A DNA stretch of 62,178 bases, filler included, from Rhabdomonas costata (taxonomy: Eukaryota), in NCBI GenBank assembly GCA_019059605.1. It is 25 parts of 25 records of this genome, joined end to end, with 100 filler letters (N's around TTAATTAATTAA, not from the genome) between each part and the next. Parts side by side here need not be neighbours in the genome. Positions count along the whole stretch, not along the records: positions 12,459 to 14,850 come from JAHMHO010003640.1; positions 14,951 to 17,342 come from JAHMHO010003641.1; positions 17,443 to 19,833 come from JAHMHO010003642.1; positions 19,934 to 22,324 come from JAHMHO010003643.1; positions 22,425 to 24,813 come from JAHMHO010003644.1; positions 24,914 to 27,297 come from JAHMHO010003645.1; positions 27,398 to 29,788 come from JAHMHO010003646.1; 18 more parts are not named here. The stretch is one strand, 5' to 3'. A program made the translations under genes and the position numbers. Positions 12,459 to 28,043 of this stretch are shown here, one piece after another. The notes beneath the pieces are model-generated. The model was given only the letters and a program-made list of their open reading frames with translations, did not search any database and was not told the origin of the DNA. Numbering within the stretch: the first letter of the stretch is position 1; each line of letters starts with the position of its first letter.

Positions 12459-13225
12459 GTTGTTGGGTGGTGAATCTGCTGAGTTCTGCGGAGTGCCCAC
12501 GAAAAGTCTGAATTGAAGGGTGGCATGATCTGAAGTCGGGCAAAGCTGACAAGACTGAAGGAAGGGAAGACCTTAGCTGAGCGCAGTCACCTCCCTTGCG
12601 CGAAGCGCCACCCAGTGGCGAGCTACTGTTGCTGCGGTACTTCAAGCGGTCTGTTGGAGAGGCATATCTCCATCGCTGCGCCGGGCTCAGAGCAGCAGAG
12701 GCTTTGCAAGGGTTGCTGCTGCTGCTGATAGAGCTGACACCTTCATTGCCGCCCACCAAAGGTGCCGACACCGCCGCTGGGCTGACGGGAGGGCTCAAGG
12801 GAGAAAGCCGAGCAGGCGACCGATGAGCCGCAGTGGAATTCAGCGCGGCCAATTTCTGTGCGAGGTGCGCCCAAAGGGACCGCTCACAACCAGACTGCTG
12901 TGTGGATTCGCTACCCAGACTGTCAGACATCAAACTAGGAATTGTAGAGCACATCTGAAAACACCGGGAAGTTTCGGTTTACGGGACCAGTTAAAAAGAC
13001 GACATCCCGCAACAATGTTTGTGAGGTTGAAAACGCAGAAACGCTTCAACAAGGAACAACACGAAAGATCCTTGCTGGAAGCAAGAGAGGGAGAAGGTGA
13101 GTGGAAGCGGAAACCCGTCCGAGCTCCTCAAGCTCCACGGCCTGCTGCGAGAGCTGGCTGTGAAATTTTCGGCGCAGCGCGTCTACCTTCTCCTGGGCTT
13201 GCCGCTCCAGTTCAAGAAGAGTGTC
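12459..13225 (-). CDS. hypothetical coiled-coil plus Ser-rich protein, partial; exons 13225-13115 and 12954-contig end
   Basis: AG/GT-bounded exon DTLLELERQAQEKVDALRRKFHSQLSQQAVELEELGR joins in phase 0 to a stop-free ~165-codon Ser/Pro-rich exon. Confidence 0.6.
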
Positions 13226-16200
13226 CTGCGGCGAAGGGTGGGTGCGGGAGGGCGCGAGGTCAAACCAACCAAACCGAGCAACTACGACTGTATTTTGTGG
13301 TTAAAAATGGGGCGAAGAATCCCGCTTTTGGACCTCTGTCCTGGGTCGCTGGCATAGTTACAAGTGCTGCAGATGTCCGCAGATCACATCAAACACTGTG
13401 ATATCAGCAGGATGAAATCTCCGGCCATTGAGCCGATCTTGTGCCGACCAGACATGTGTCATGTGTTGTTGCATTGCAATGAAAGTTGAACTTAATTTTT
13501 TCAGAGTATTTCCATTATGCCTGAAATTAAGTCAGTTTACCGACTGATTTGCACGCTGAAACACAACGCCTTCTCGACATGTTACAAAACCAAACGATTC
13601 TTGTACAATCGGTGGCCGCGAAGCTGGTTTGCAAACGTTTTGCTTTATCTTTGCTTCCGATTTTCCATTCTTCCCGTTCGCCAAGAATCCAAAGAGAATT
13701 GTAAAAGCCATGAGCAGTGAAATGCGAAACCTGAATAAAGACCTCAACGTCTCCCACGTTTCCGCACGGTCTTCTAACTCTTATTCCACAAGTTCATCCA
13801 CACTTCCACCTCAATCTTAAGGGCTGTGAGTCCGCCCAAAATGTTTGCGAGTGCAAAGAAGCCACACACAAGTTGGGGTTTTGTGACTCCCTCGCCCCTC
13901 GCCGGCCTCCTCCCGGGCGCCTCACATTGGAACGACGTTGGTTTATTTCTCGTCCTCTCGGAGGACACAGCGGGCTCCAGCCACCCGGGCGTGGCTGGTG
14001 TGTGGCTGGCGTGAATTCCCGACAGATGGACGAGCTGAAGAGTGATGATCACCACTCTCTCCTTGCTGCGTCTTTTGGAGCATCTGAAGCTTGGGACGGG
14101 TCCGTTGACGCCCGAACATTTTTCATTGTGATGGTCCTGGTCCCCATGCTGAAAGCGACATTCGGCGATATTCGGTCTTCACAGTATGAAAGGCGAGGTT
14201 CAAGTTCCACCAGGAGAGGACGACGGGTTCACATTGAGTGGATGGTCTAAGTCGCCCTTCAAAAACTTTGCTGACGGATACCCTGACCAAACAGAGTCGG
14301 TCATGCATAAAAAAAACAACAGAAACAAGCCTCCAGACTCCATCACTTCACTCATTATACCTAACCTCATCACAACTTTTCTCGATTGTTTCATGGAGCG
14401 TGACATCATCCAAGTCACTATCGACGGAAGCTTGACTCCAGAGCTGACAATGTAGCGCCAACCTTCGAGTGCCCCAGGTTGAGTGCACGGTAGCCGGCGA
14501 GGGCCGCCATCCATGTCATGGACATGTGTTTCGATAGAGTGGCTTCGATAGGCTGGTCGAAAAAGCAAGTTTTAGGGCACCTTCGGACACAGAAGTCAAT
14601 TGGGAGCATGGTGGCCAATGGCTCACCCATGATTCAACGCATCTCGCCGGATTTGGTAGTTTCCAAGACAAGTGCCCGAATCGCTGTCCCTGCAAGCCGG
14701 ACTCTGATCCCACACTCTACAACTCATTTCTGCTCGCTTTTTTTAAGTTGTGGGAGAGATCTAATCATCGAGACAATGTTTGAAATTCATTTGTTGCTGC
14801 GAAGCAAATTTTCTGGCTTGCCTGCCATACTTTCAATCCTCCCACAAACCNNNNNNNNNNNNNNNNNNNNNNNNNNNNNNNNNNNNNNNNNNNNTTAATT
14901 AATTAANNNNNNNNNNNNNNNNNNNNNNNNNNNNNNNNNNNNNNNNNNNNTGTGTGTTGGCGAAACATAATTCAAATGAGAGCAACTGGACACAAGCACT
15001 TGGCGTAAAACACTTCCATCACGGAACCCCAAGGACAGATTATTTTAGAGCAAAGGCCAGTGCCGCCGCGGCAAAGCTAGCCGCAGCGCGGCCTGATTCA
15101 AACACTTGAGCGCCATACACGTACCCCTCGAATTGCACGCCAGCACGGGCGTGCCGCTCTCCCCAAAGATCGAAGGGAAATGGAAGGCAGAGCGAGAGAG
15201 TTTAAGATGGGGAGAAGTCGAGAGAGAGAGAGAGAGAGAGCGAGAAAGGGCGGGAACAACGACCCAGCCGCAAGGCTATGGCTTCCAGGCACCCCGAGAG
15301 CCACCGCAGGTCTCCGGCCGCGATAAGGACCCAGTACAGAGCGTCTAAGCCACGGCGGCACAGCGAGAGCTCAGCAGACTGTGTGACCCCAAAAGGCTTA
15401 CGTGACTGTGCGTGTCGTGTGGGTAGTACGTGGACGTGCTGCGCATGCAATGTCGATCCCTGGCAGCCTCTTACCTTCACTTACGAGGTGCGTTGTATTG
15501 TCCCAAAAGTCTGCCGCATACGCTCTTTATGGACGGAGAGGGAGTTCGCCCTCCGACACTCGGAGTGCCGGCTTCTGTGGATTGCATTAAGCAGCTTTGC
15601 TTGTCACTCCCTCTCTTAATGTCTTTCCTTTGGAAGGCGGCGAATCACAGACCCAACCTCCACCCCCAGGCGAAAAAGCCTGTCCAAGTCAGAGCACTAA
15701 TCGAATGCAAATGAGATGTGCATCTGCGATGGCTCGTCTTCTGATGTGAAAAAGGGTGCCTTCAGTGCGAGCTTTTTCTCTGTGCCTGCATCAAAACCAG
15801 ACCAGAATAATAAAGGAAGGAAGGGCAACAGGGGCCACATTCAGGATGTGCATTGGGAAAGGGTTCCAACCCGGCAGCGCAGCAGCTCCAGCAGGGGCTC
15901 GATACACTTTTCCAGGTGTGGGGGAACTGCACAGCGGCGATGGCAGTCGGACTCCTCGCAGAGAGAGGGTACCTGATGGGCACAGGAAGAAGTGCATACC
16001 TCCCCCTAACTCTCATCTCAACGCCAAACAAAAGAGGAACACCACCCGCAATTCACAAAATACACAAAATACAGATGAGCAGAGATTCCGCATTTCGGAT
16101 TGTCGGGTGCGTCAAACCCTCGCCTAGCTTTGCAGTAACGAAGGGAAGAACCACAGACACACAAGCAGGCGGGACAGGAGATGACGCAACGCAGGAACGT

Positions 16201-19200
16201 AACGTTCTCATCACACGAAGTATGGGCATGTGGGCTGTGTGGAGGGGGGGATGGGAGTGCGGGGGTTCAGGATACCCACGATGTCTCCCAGCCACCGGCG
16301 GCGATGGGGGTCGGCCAGCCAGAGCTCCGGACCTTACCCTGCTGTATGAAAAACGCAGCAATCCATTAAAGCAATTGAACCGAGCAGCCACACAGCGGAT
16401 GTCCCCCATTTGCAGAGGAGGGGTAGCCCAACCGCGAACCTCAACGATAAGGTTGAAATTTAGCCACAAGCCAGTGGTCCGACCCCTCCACCATGTCCGG
16501 GGGCGACCAGCGACGACTGGAGCGGGTCCGGAGAGGATTAGAGATGGATGCCCCTGGAATACTCCCAAAAACGACAAGAAGAGAAATCATGTGCAGCGTG
16601 TTCAAGGAAACATTGAGATTGCCAGCGCACAGGAGCACAAGTCCCGCTGCATCGAGGGTTGGGGTGGTGAGTAAAGGGCAGGGGTTTACAGTGCCTGGCC
16701 CAGTAGCTGCAGCTGCGCCTCTGAGGAGGCCACCGCGGCGGAGTGGGCCCCTGTGGACGGCGCCCGCAGTGCAGGGTCCGTGGCAAACGCAAACCATTGC
16801 GGCACCACCCTGCCGCTCTCCACCCCTCCACCGATACGTTCCTTCTGAGAGTGAGAATGAGAGAGAAAGATAACGTGTAGATCCAAAAACGACCCAAATC
16901 TCACCACTCCAGCAAGGGCCAATGAAGGGCCATTTTTTTGCAGGAGGGTCGTGTGCAAAAACATCCACCCACAACTCCTAACAGTAACAGGAGAAAGGCC
17001 ACGCCAAGGGCTGTCGTGCGCAGGCAACTTGGATGATGTGCTGTTAAACTCGGGGCAAGAGAAAAGCAGGAGGCGGTGGGACGAAGAAAGGGGTCTTCTG
17101 GGGGTCTTCTGAGATATTTTCAGGAAATCGGTGCTCCAACAGGAACCACGAGAAACCAGAGAAGGCGTACCATGGACCGTATCACCCATTGCATCCGATA
17201 AAAAGAAAGTAGCATATTTTTTGTCTTATGCCACGTAAAAATGAGAGGATGACGACTCTGGCAACAGCCGCCTGCACATCACCAAAAGGTATGAAAAAAC
17301 AAACGCTGCAGTGGCAATTCAAATCGCATGAACCACCCACCCNNNNNNNNNNNNNNNNNNNNNNNNNNNNNNNNNNNNNNNNNNNNTTAATTAATTAANN
17401 NNNNNNNNNNNNNNNNNNNNNNNNNNNNNNNNNNNNNNNNNNGGTTGTTGGGTCAAGTTAAGTTCTTCTTGGCGCTCCACGGTCCAAGATCCCAGCATGC
17501 CCAGGGCGGGACAGATGTCAAAAAAGCTTAATGTACAGATTAAAAATCAAAAATGACTATCTTTCTGAACTGTAAGGTCAACCTGAGCTTAATACTCTTG
17601 TCTCGTTCTTTAACGCGATACCCTGGTGCTGTGATTTTCACGTTGTTCTTTTATTTCTGCTTCTTTCGTTCTCAATGCAAGAAAAGACTAACGTTTTCGG
17701 TCAGAAAAGTTGACAACGGCGCAAAAGTGTGTTGATGGCGTTTGCTGTCGAGTTAGAAGAACTGAGTTTCGACAAAGAAACAGCAGCCCCCCCCCCCCAA
17801 GGTGATCACGCGATGGCACGCGTTGTTAATACCGAGGGTGTGAGTGGACTCATTGGAGGTGCCCCCTTTCGGCCGGAGACAGCAGGCGAAGCTCCACCCG
17901 TACCAGCTGGAAACGGCTTTGGTGACGCAGAACCGCTGAGACCCGACAAGAGAAGCTTGTCAGAAGTCCGCAGCTCCTCTGAAGTCCTCACTGCTGGCAC
18001 TAGCAGTCCCGAGAGCTGCTCCGGTAACATGAAGGTTGAGCGCAGTGAGTCAAAGGAGTTGCCCGTAAACGGAGAGCCAACCACGCTGCCTGCGTCCCTG
18101 GAGAGGGCAAAAGAGGGAGCCGAAATCTCAGGCAGCGAGACGAGCTCCGAAGCAAACTTGTGAGAGGTCATTTTACGGGTTAGATTAAAAAGATCAAAAG
18201 CAATGAAGACATGAGTAACACTGAAAGCTGAAAGCCCGTATGAACGCTCCTCCTCCTTTCAAGGTGTGCCACCAGGATCAACCCGCATCAAAGTTCAATA
18301 GGCCTGCTCAAATCTCAACATCAACACTTCACAATTATGCCACTTCAATTATCAATTCAAAGACTCCTTCCATGATTTGTTACCCTTCTGATATCCATGT
18401 TCCTCACCCTGTCTTCCGGGTTCATTTGTTGCCTTAGCCCCTTTTGGAATCACACCACATCCACGGCGCGTGTTCTCCGCGTTTTTCTTTCTAGTTTCCC
18501 TCTATTTTCATTTGACCTCCCCGCATTCTCCACCGAGCGCTTTTCCTTCGTTGCCAGCGTAAGTTATTGAATTGCCAATGGCCCGAACCATGAACAACCT
18601 GTGCGCTACTGTCGTGACCTTTTCATGTGCCTTAACAAAATTCAAGGAGTTCAAAACAAAGAAACCAAATCTGATATTGGCTGGGTTGAGTGGGCGGTCA
18701 AAGATTTTCATCCATTCAAACAAATCTCAAATCTGACTTCCCTTCACTCACTACAAGCTCCACTTGTCTTCTTCCCTTTCCATGCTCTGGTTCTGGTGCT
18801 TCGTCCGATTTCAGTTCCGCATCCGTCTTTGTATTTTTTTGACAGAGCAAACTGCGAGGTAAGTGACCAGGGAAACACTGTTCGGCACTTGATAGGTCCA
18901 CGTGCAAACAGCAAACAGCAAACAACACGTACGGAACAAGTTCCGTGTCTGTTCTACTCACTACTATACAGAAAACCTTGTTCTTGCAAGTGCTTGCTGG
19001 TGAATGCTGCCGTAACAATGTTTCCTTTTTTTTTTGCATTGTTTTTCGCCAGAACAAAGGTCCCCCGTTTGTGGGTGCATGCCCAGCGACCGTCCATAAC
19101 TATCCAGTTCTAAAAAGAACCTCGTTGTAAAAAAAACCTGTCTCTAATTCTAGCTCAGGACAGATAAGGGAGTTGAATGTGTTTAGGTCGAAGTCAAAGC

Positions 19201-20015
19201 AAAGAATCCAGCTGGCGGCGCTGAGCAGGGTTGCACAATCAAGGCAAAGTCAATAGCAGCGAACAATGGACCGTTCGAATGCGAACCCACCTTGTTCTTT
19301 CGTTCTCTTCTGCTGCCAGAGAGGTTGAAAGAAATCCGTAAAGTCCAACGTTTATTCAGGCTCCCTTAACGATGAGTCCCTTTGGTCTTTTGTTGTGTTT
19401 CTGGCAGTGCGTCAGAGCAAGAGTGTTCGCTGTCGCCGAGGCTCCGACGGTGGCAAATGCTATCGAACCGTGACCGTTCGGCCCAGCTTGGTAGGACTTC
19501 TCGAAAAGTCGGCGGCTACATGGCGTAACGTGTACGTCTCTCCGAAGGGTCGAGAGCCAGCTGAGCGGCGTCTACTCTCACAGTCGCTCCGTCTCTTGCG
19601 TGGCTGCGGGCATGGGGCGCTGGAGGAGAGAAAGGATGGAGGGGGACCCGTTGATCCATGGGAAAGGGATCAGCACAAGGGGCAGGAAGACAAAGAGACA
19701 AAACGAACAGACAAAGAGCAAAAACGAAACAAAGTGCGAATAATTCGAAAACATCAGTCGCAATGGAAGTTATGTTGGAGACCCCCACGCGCACGCTGGT
19801 CCCCAGGCACCTCCTGCTCCTGGACGCCCCCCCNNNNNNNNNNNNNNNNNNNNNNNNNNNNNNNNNNNNNNNNNNNNTTAATTAATTAANNNNNNNNNNN
19901 NNNNNNNNNNNNNNNNNNNNNNNNNNNNNNNNNGGGTGTGGGGAGGATGGGAGGAGGATGTCGGCAACAAAATGGGAGAAGACGAGTAACGCGAGCTCCA
20001 AGGTAGGATATGCTC

Positions 20016-22256
<2,241 letters not shown>

Positions 22257-22494
22257 CACAATGAAAAACGTAAAAGGGAGGGGGAACAATGAGACAGCAA
22301 GAAAGAGCACGTCTGTGAAAAACANNNNNNNNNNNNNNNNNNNNNNNNNNNNNNNNNNNNNNNNNNNNTTAATTAATTAANNNNNNNNNNNNNNNNNNNN
22401 NNNNNNNNNNNNNNNNNNNNNNNNGGTTGGGGTGGGGATCAACTTGAATGTTCTTCTAGAAGTGCATATGTTTGTTTGGAATCTCTTTTTTCAG

Positions 22495-24428
22495 ATACAC
22501 GCCCGTGAATTCAACGGATTCGACAATTCAGGCGGCCGGTTTTTGGCTCTTATCGTCGTATTCCTCATGGGAAGTGATCCCGAGCCTGACCACGACTCAA
22601 CCCTTGGAAGGGGAAAACTACTGGCTGAACCTGGCAGCCATCATCACCAAGGTCTTCGTTAGTTGGGAGGGAGGGTGGGGGGGGGTTGAGACGGAGACGG
22701 CACTGAATTAGAACTGTTCGGGTGTTTCTCTTTGTGAATCGTTGTTGAATTCCCGTCGTCGCAACGCTTGTATCCACTTTAATGCGGTCTTCAAATTGAT
22801 TCTCCGCCTAATCCTATCCTTATTGTTGTCTTAATCCCAGCAAGGAATTCCCGCCACCAAATGTGAAAGTCAACAAAATGGCGAAAAATTGTTTTCCACC
22901 TCAAGACCGTGTAACTGTGTTATACCGTCCAACGCCTCCCCTCCATTTGAGTCCTTTCAGGTCCAGTTGCCTTCTTTTTTCGTTGGGTCAAGCCCACGCC
23001 AGCGTTTGCTGGCATTCACTTCAAATGGTTGTCCACAATCCGCACTTTGCTGAACCTCTCCAGAACTTCTCTCCCTTGAAGACACAAAACGAGCATTTTC
23101 CCGGGAGTTGCTTGCTCCCTGCCGTTGATGTGATGCTCTGCAGATGGGACTGCAGGTCAACCTGGTCCTTCTCATGGACCAGGAGTCCACGGTGGGGCCC
23201 ATAGAGGTCGACAGGGCGGCCACCTTGGATGATATTAGCACCACTTATGCGAAGATGGTTATGGTGCTTGTTGTTGTGGTGGTGGTCGCCCTGGCAGGCG
23301 CACTGCTGATCAGTTGGATGCTCACAGTGCCGCTGTCCCGAATGGCGTTTGGGATGGACAACTTGGCATGTTAGCCCCCCGCTCTCCGGTCCGGTTGCCG
23401 CGGAGCTGGTCCCTGGCAGGGCGCTAATGCTTCCCCACTCGTCCACCAAACCCCAGCAATATCTGCAATAAGCTAGTCCAAACTTAAGTAATCCACCACC
23501 TGGTCCAAAGTCAACAGAATTATTTAAAACGTTGCTTGTCTTTTTATCAGGAGGTTTTTTCAGGAGGTTGCTTGGATTAAGTTAAGTGCGCTGAACTCCT
23601 GCTCTTACTTTCTTACGCTTCCTCCTTTCCAGTCATAACACTAATCCCTGCTGTACCCTTTGGAAAGTTGCTGAGTTTTGAAATGAGTTTTGCACACCCG
23701 CCCCGCGCGCATTTGCGTTGTCTCCTCGCTTCCTTTCCTTTCTTGCGCACGTGGTGTAGGTGTGCGCGCATTTTTGTTCCTCAGGCATTGCTGAGATTTC
23801 AGGATGAGCCAGGGGGGACCCTGCTGACCTCTCGGTCGTGGTTTGCCGAGGTGTCTGCCTGCGAGCTATCTTTCATGTCCCTGGAAAGGTGAGTATACTT
23901 TTTTTCTTTCTTTTCGCAGCGCTCTCGCTTTGTCGTGAGCGCTGGTTTTGCTTGGGTGGATGCACGTATTGCTCTATTCTATGAAGCGGTGACCAAGTGT
24001 TCGGCCTTCTGTTGAGCCAGCTGTCCGCTTATCAACGATTTTCGTTTTTCGGGAATTGGGTTTGGTTCCTCTCCTCCTTCGTTGTGTGTCCTGTTGGCGA
24101 CACTGTCTCTATGGCTTTCATCCATCCCTCACGGTGTCCACGGAGGAGTGCAAGGGGATAGTGCGAATCCGACACAGTGAGGTTTTGAAGCATCATAGTT
24201 TTCTTTTCAGTGCGCCGTTTTGGAACACAAAGAAATTGGTGCCTGCACATGGCATTCCGAAAATCTCTATCCTCCCCTGCAACACTCTGTCGGGCCCGCA
24301 CAGGGGGCTGAAGGCTTTCGTGAAGTTCGTTCCTCGCGATGTGGTGCGGTTGGTGCTGGCGGGGGAGATGGAGTCCACCAATGTGATGGTCCGCCGCGCG
24401 GTGAGCATCCTCTTCATGGATATTGTTG
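22495..24428 (+). CDS. receptor-type class III adenylate/guanylate cyclase (extracellular region, TM, HAMP-like linker, start of catalytic domain), partial; exons 22495-22651, 23144-23365, 23785-23888, 24304-24428
   Basis: TM helix VMVLVVVVVVALAGALLISWML, then PLSRMAFGMDNLA..EV..LERGLKAFVKFVPRDVVRLVL..RRAVSILFMDIVG (first catalytic Asp motif). Confidence 0.9.
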
Positions 24429-26767
24429 GTGCGCCCTTTTGGTTGTTCGTTGCAAGATGCCTCGGAATGGCCTCCGAGCCCTGGCAGGGAAGGAGACTGG
24501 CACTAAGAGACGCTATGCATAAACAAAAGAGAAGGCCGGAAGTCAAAACGTCAACCGATAAGAATCCCACAAAACTTTGGCTGGTTTTGAATGAAACCCA
24601 AGGTTACAGGGCTCCGAAACAGTCGCATCTGGCTGAGATTAGCCTCACCTGAATCCGGATCCCATGGAAACGGAAAATGTTTCACGCCCGCGTGTTACCG
24701 TGCTGGATTTTACGCCAAATAATCCGTCGTAGGAGCTTCACTATGATGCAGAAAGCTTCACCAACGTGCTTGCCTGTGATCGCTGTTCATGAATGGCGTT
24801 CGCTATCCACCCANNNNNNNNNNNNNNNNNNNNNNNNNNNNNNNNNNNNNNNNNNNNTTAATTAATTAANNNNNNNNNNNNNNNNNNNNNNNNNNNNNNN
24901 NNNNNNNNNNNNNGTGTTGGGTGTGGGTGGGGGGTGGTTTTTACGAGGCCTCAAGCGGAGTTCCTGACATTGAGGATTTGGGGGCGGTAATGTGATGGAG
25001 GCAGTGAGGTGTCATGCTGCTGCGCCAGCAAAATGCCTTCTCCTTTGCCTGTGTATGCGTGCGTTTCTCTTTTTGTAACCTGGAGTTCGCCCAGCTGGCG
25101 TCTCCCTCTGTTTTGCTTGTTTCGTTCGATCCCGCCAGCTTTTGCTCCAAGTCAAGCAGAAGCCCCTTTATGTGTGGGAACTTTCCACGGGATGATCTCG
25201 GCTCTGCTTCTTTCCTCCGATGTTACTTCTTGTGTTTTCTTTCTTTGTGTTCTTTCTCCACCTGTTGGATACGTGGGACTGCCTCTGCTGTTTCGTGCGG
25301 ACAATGCTCCGCCGGATAATGGGGGTGACTTTGCTTTCCCCCAATCGTTCCCCCGTTCCTGTGAAGGTGGCAATGGTGGGAGTGGTAGTGCCTGTACTTA
25401 ATGGGTGCGTGTCTGGACAACAGCTCCATTTTATCGTCCGGATTACCTGCTTTGCTGAAATTGTAGAATTGCCTTGCGCTGTTCACGTTGTACTCCCTGC
25501 CTTTGGCTTGATTCTACCCCCACCACATATGTTTATCACCTTTTTCCTCTCTGCCGATAACTTCGGGTTGATGCCGGGTCGTGTGACGCAGAACTTCAAA
25601 GTGGATTCTGAATGTGGTGTTCAGTTTTCAAATCAAGAGGGGTACAGAAGGTCGGGCGTTTCGTTAGTATGAAAAGCGTTGTGTGTGCCTGTTTCCCAAA
25701 AGGTCCCGAGGTCCCGTGCCCCGGCGACGAGCGCGACGAGGATGGCGGCACGGTAGTTAGTAGGAATTGACCTGAGAACCTCGAGCGGAACAAGGAGCTG
25801 CTACTAAGGCATACAAACAGACTGGGCAAGCGCAGATAGCTGGAGCTCCAAGAACTCCGGCGCCCTTGAGGCTTTCCGACCTCCTTCCAGCAGCAGAGAA
25901 ATGATCCACATACTGAAAAGCGACCAGGCAGTGGGATTAAAAATATTTGAAACCCTGGTAGCAAACGCTGCACTCTAAACATGCGTGCCCGCACAAACGG
26001 GGCGCCCATTGTACCGGCGAAAAACAATGCAATAAATTACACGTGGGTGCAAAGGCTGAGAGGAAAAAATGCAAAGTATCAGGGGGTGTGGGAACCGAAG
26101 TTTTTACAGGGAGGATGGAAGGAATAGGGTAGCTTACGGGAGGGAAAGAAGGAAAAACGAATGGGGTCGTGGCGGTGGGTGAAGATGAAGGAAATGAGGG
26201 AGTGTGGCAGGGATTTGGCCGGGGACGGCAGAGCGCAGCAGCAGACGGAAAGACAAAGAATGGGAAAGGCACCATGAGTCGGTGTGTTAGGAGTGCTGAT
26301 GTGCACGGAGGCCGACAGGTAGCGGGAAAAGCAACGACGGGGAAGGCTGACGAAGAATGGACGAACACAAAATAAGTGGACCCTGGCAGCAGAAAAGATT
26401 TGCTCTTTCCCCCTGAAGAATATCTGCACCACAGAAATTTTGTCACAAATTTCTGTAAAACTTCCTTCGCAATGCTGTGCCCGGGAGCAGGCACTGGCGT
26501 GTGTTTGTACATGGGCTCCCGTAGAGCCCCTCCAATTCAGGGCCCCCCTTTTCCTATCAGCGGTCGATGCGTGCGCTGGCGACACTTTTTCCCGGCGTTC
26601 GGCTCGCTCTGTGAGTATGCTTCAAGCAAGTTGCTATAAACGATGACAAAACCAAAGTTTGCGATTTTGTGCTTTTATGCCCTTTACCATTCAGCTCTCT
26701 CGCTCTCTCTCATTTTCTGAAGTTTCTAGCAGAACTTTTGATCGGCTGCAGGTCAAGTGGTTTCTCG

Positions 26768-27049
26768 ATGTCCAGGACCCACACCCCTCAATGGAACTTC
26801 ACGCCGCAGAGCTTTTCTGCGGCGCACTCTCTGATGGTAGCGTGCCCCTCAGAGCTCGCGGAAGGCTTCAGCCTGGGCGCTGGGCAGCCGCTGCTGAGGC
26901 GGGCTTCCGTGGAGGGGGATCTGGATTGGGAGGAGGAAGCCGGGCTGCATGCTGGCCAAGGCTTGCTGGACTCCTTCGCCACACTGGCGAAAAGCACGAT
27001 TGGGAGCGGGATCTTAGGCCTCCCCTTCGTCCTGAGTCGATGTGGAATG
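26768..27049 (+). CDS. amino-acid transporter (AAAP/Aa_trans family), first exon
   Basis: DSFATLAKSTIGSGILGLPFVLSRCGM is the TM1 motif of SLC36/38-type transporters. The exon ends at a GTAATG donor. Confidence 0.85.
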
Positions 27050-27633
27050 GTAATGTTCCGCTGGTTTTTGTCACTTTCGCAGTCCAGATGACGTGGGTTG
27101 GGCGGGGGTGGAGAGCGATTTGTTTGACGTAAACAGCGAGCATGTAATAGTGATAGCGTGCGAGTATGGTTTGCTGATGACTAGTCCTTTGGTTGTTCGA
27201 AGAGCGGCGGTGGCGGCGGGTCCAAAGGGCTGCGGAGCAGATTTGAACAAAAAGAGCGTTGGAGATAGGAAACTGCAGGAAGGTTCTCTGGTTCGTTNNN
27301 NNNNNNNNNNNNNNNNNNNNNNNNNNNNNNNNNNNNNNNNNTTAATTAATTAANNNNNNNNNNNNNNNNNNNNNNNNNNNNNNNNNNNNNNNNNNNNTTT
27401 TTTGGTTTGGGGCTTATATGCGCACTATGTGTCTGAGGAGAGCGGTTCGAGAGGTGGGGAGAGAGTGACAGCCCGGGAAACGCCACCGTGACGCTGTGGC
27501 TGAGCAGGTAATGCCTTTTTCGTGGCATTGGAACCAAATGTATCTAAAAAGTGGGTGGGAATGTCAAGCTTTTAAATTTGGGACGTGAGGTGACCTTTGC
27601 GTCTAACCGAGGCCTGATTTTTTTTGCGTGCAG

Positions 27634-28043
27634 AACCAGCCCGAGGTTGTGGTGCTGTTCACGCAGCACCAGCACAGGGAGTTCGGGCTGGCCCCCGGAT
27701 GCGTGGTGGAGCTGCACCGGCCCTGGTGCTCGTTTGCGCGCTCAAAAATGCGCACACTCCGCCTCTCTTGTTCCCCAGCGCCCGTGTAGTTCCACGAGAT
27801 GATGTGGATGTGGATTCCAGTGGCTGGGGTCGGGGGAAATGTGGGACCTCTTTGTTTTGCTCTGGGATTCCCGGAGTTTCTGAATACCATTCTTCGGTGG
27901 CTATTTTTTTTAGGAAAGAGTTGCAGTGCAGCTCGACGGGCGCCCTTGTGCTGAGCTGCGCGTTCTTCCTTCGGGTGCATCAACCCCCTGCAGCGGGGGC
28001 TCCTGCCCAGCCTCAGGTTGGCGGGCATTGGGCGGTGCCTTGA
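27634..28043 (+). CDS. C-terminal part of a protein with a SPIDR/DUF4502-like OB-fold motif; exons 27634-27725, 27914-28043
   Basis: Spliced product VVVLFTQHQHREFGLAPGCVVELHRPWKELQCSSTGALVLSCAFF resembles the recalled VLFT...G..I.I.PPW..L......IL..YF motif. Family assignment is from memory. Confidence 0.5.

Noticed and set aside
13700-19833. Gene calls for the many ORFs in contigs 6 (3' half), 7 and 8
   Set aside because: Exon-like stretches exist, but frame and strand could not be fixed and no family motif was recognised.
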